A stretch of 64,000 nucleotides of DNA from Schmidtea polychroa (lineage: Eukaryota), in contig CM097885.1 of assembly GCA_044892525.1 (NCBI GenBank), positions 44,084,001-44,148,000 on the forward strand, read 5' to 3'. Within the stretch, counting starts at the first letter, position 1. Every line of letters begins with the position of its first letter. The position numbers were made by a program, and so were the translations under genes. Shown here one piece after another: positions 62,009 through 64,000 of this stretch. The notes under the pieces were generated by a model, which had not been told where the DNA came from, ran no database searches, and worked only from the letters and a program-made list of their open reading frames with translations.

Positions 62009-64000
62009 ATGGTAGATACAACAGCCCAAATGGAAGCGATCAACAAGAGACTCAGTGAAATGGAGATACCCAATTTCCAGGGAAAATATAATGGCGAAAA
62101 ATACGACGGAAAACCGAACAAACTATCAAACTTTATCAAACATTTTGAATCTTATTGCGATGCTCTAAAATGGACAAACGAAATGATAGTGAGAAGACTC
62201 CCACTATATCTAGCAGACGACGCGTTTAATTGGTACGTCGGAATAAAAGAGTGTACAACCCCACTAAAAACCTGGAAAGAAGTTAAGGAAGCTCTGATAA
62301 AAACATTTGGAGAAGCAAAAGATGCACAATACAAATTTCTAGAATTCTTCAATCGAGGACAAGCAGTGAATGAATCAAATATACTGTACGCAAGCGCACT
62401 AAGACATCTAGCCAAACTGCTATTCAGTGAAAAGGATATGGAAACACAACTAGTAACCCAATTTGTAAAAGGATTGCGACGAGATGACATTAAAGGTGTA
62501 GTAGGATGCAAAATCTGCAAGACGCTGGACGAAGCAGTAGAGGCAGCGAATGTAAGCGAAATGTACACCAAAGTAACACAACCACCAAGTAGGAGGCACA
62601 TCGCAGATAATCAACCTCAACACCACAGACAGTGGAGTCATAACAACAATAATCAAAGAAACGACAATTACAATGAAAGCAAGAGGTTGAATAATAGAAA
62701 CATTGAAAAATTTTGTGATGACTGCAAGAGACAAGGACACTGGCTCGATGAATGTCATGGACAAAGAAGATGTTGGAATTGCGGTAAGAAAGGACATACC
62801 GCAGTAAGATGTGGAGTATCCAAAAAATGTTTCTCGTGCGGACAAGGAGACCATCTAGCAGTTGCATGTACGAATAAAAGAAACCAACAACGGAGTGACA
62901 ATAAGGATACGTCAGCAAAGCAACTAGCTGAAATGCAAAATCAAATAACAATTCTCACAGGACTGTGCAGTAACATGATCGATTATCAGTTTCAAGCGGA
63001 AGGAAAACAACAATCAAGAATAAATGTATTACAATGTGTGGGAGGCACATTACAAATTCAAAATATCCGAACAAAACAACAACGAGAATGGAATACCTTA
63101 CAGATCGCGGAAGCACGAGAAGCGGAAGAAAGATGGAGTAAACGAAAAGAACCTCAGGCAAGAAGAGAAGAAAAATATTGGAAAACGAGAAAGGAAGAAC
63201 TTTTAAAATTGGATATAATGAGACTAACCACCAACGACAACCAGAGGGAAAAGATAAAAGGAATATGGGAAAGAGAACAAAAAAGAGTAATACAAATCAA
63301 TATGATGAGAATGATAACGAGCAACGAAATAGATTTACAAAAAATTCCGGACTCAAGGATCGAAAGCGAAATAATTGAAAAACTGGAACAGGTAATATTA
63401 GACCATCAAAACATCAAAACATTTGAGGACAATCAGAGAGATTATACCGGCATCGATAGTCAGGTTGGAATTGCAGTAATCCCGGAAAAGCGCGAATCGA
63501 AGAATGGCGAAAATCACGAAAAAGGAAATAATGAAAAAACGCAAGAAAAGTACCATGACATAAACACGTTAAAAATTGAAAGCGGGTGCGAACCAGATAT
63601 CGAATGGGACGCGAGTACAAACAATTACTGGAACAAATACCAACCACAAGGACACAATGAGCGCTATCGGTTCTTCGATAAGACGTATGGGAATTGTCAG
63701 AAAAATGAGCACAGAAAAAATAAATATCGCCGCATAAAGAGGTGTTACGAATGTAAAAGAACTGGACATTTAGTCAATAACTGTCCGAATGGGACAAACC
63801 CAGTGAGAGATCAGTCACGAGAATACGTCACAGAACAGAACAATAAAAAATATGTCGAAAACAGAATTTATCAGCCAGAAATTAGAAAACACCAATCTCC
63901 AATGCTAATAAAACAACAGTCGACAAATGTACAGAGACGGACAAATGACGTGAAGGAACAGGTGAAACCCAACGCATACGAGGAATTGAGAAGACAATGT
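62009..64000 (+). CDS. Ty3/Gypsy Gag-like polyprotein, open to the window end (not in the ORF track)
   Basis: Hand translation gives 664 stop-free codons from ATG 62009, with the frame open from 61847. It has a capsid-like KYDG...FIKHFESYC...W...RLPLYLADDAFNWY...W.EVKEAL...FVKGL, three tandem CX2CX4HX4C knuckles (62714-62870) and a fourth at 63743. Confidence 0.88.
   Translation, partial: MVDTTAQMEAINKRLSEMEIPNFQGKYNGEKYDGKPNKLSNFIKHFESYCDALKWTNEMIVRRLPLYLADDAFNWYVGIKECTTPLKTWKEVKEALIKTFGEAKDAQYKFLEFFNRGQAVNESNILYASALRHLAKLLFSEKDMETQLVTQFVKGLRRDDIKGVVGCKICKTLDEAVEAANVSEMYTKVTQPPSRRHIADNQPQHHRQWSHNNNNQRNDNYNESKRLNNRNIEKFCDDCKRQGHWLDECHGQRRCWNCGKKGHTAVRCGVSKKCFSCGQGDHLAVACTNKRNQQRSDNKDTSAKQLAEMQNQITILTGLCSNMIDYQFQAEGKQQSRINVLQCVGGTLQIQNIRTKQQREWNTLQIAEAREAEERWSKRKEPQARREEKYWKTRKEELLKLDIMRLTTNDNQREKIKGIWEREQKRVIQINMMRMITSNEIDLQKIPDSRIESEIIEKLEQVILDHQNIKTFEDNQRDYTGIDSQVGIAVIPEKRESKNGENHEKGNNEKTQEKYHDINTLKIESGCEPDIEWDASTNNYWNKYQPQGHNERYRFFDKTYGNCQKNEHRKNKYRRIKRCYECKRTGHLVNNCPNGTNPVRDQSREYVTEQNNKKYVENRIYQPEIRKHQSPMLIKQQSTNVQRRTNDVKEQVKPNAYEELRRQC

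Noticed and set aside
58542..62139. Many hydrophobic minus-strand ORFs resembling membrane proteins
   Set aside because: They are an expected artefact of the T-rich antisense strand of an A-rich retroelement region and show no family motifs.

Overview
AT-rich eukaryotic DNA, probably animal. Long (AAT)n tracts, a 43-nt intron, an intronless rhodopsin-type GPCR and large Gypsy LTRs would fit a planarian-like flatworm, but that is inference only. Only two host genes look intact: a 7TM GPCR (14225-15151, +) and a divergent two-exon RPS13 (44206-44704, -). The rest is nested transposon debris: piggyBac, several hAT elements, MULE, Tc1, a Polinton-type polymerase remnant, Penelope, L2, Ty3/Gypsy and BEL/Pao. 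Four observations stand out. (1) A BEL/Pao-like element has a diverged, di-Gly-terminated ubiquitin fused in frame to the Gag N-terminus. Its LTR carries a captured SNF8/VPS22 (ESCRT-II) fragment, and a related LTR-like segment at 10.7 kb carries an RNF115/RNF126-like E3 fragment at the same position. (2) A non-coding, apparently structured 131-nt motif recurs near one end of four LTRs from three dissimilar families. (3) A minimal hammerhead ribozyme core sits exactly at the 3' end of the Penelope insertion. (4) A long Gag ORF with four zinc knuckles, absent from the ORF track, runs off the window end after a multi-kb A-rich leader. All homology calls are by-eye motif recognition; no database search was run.
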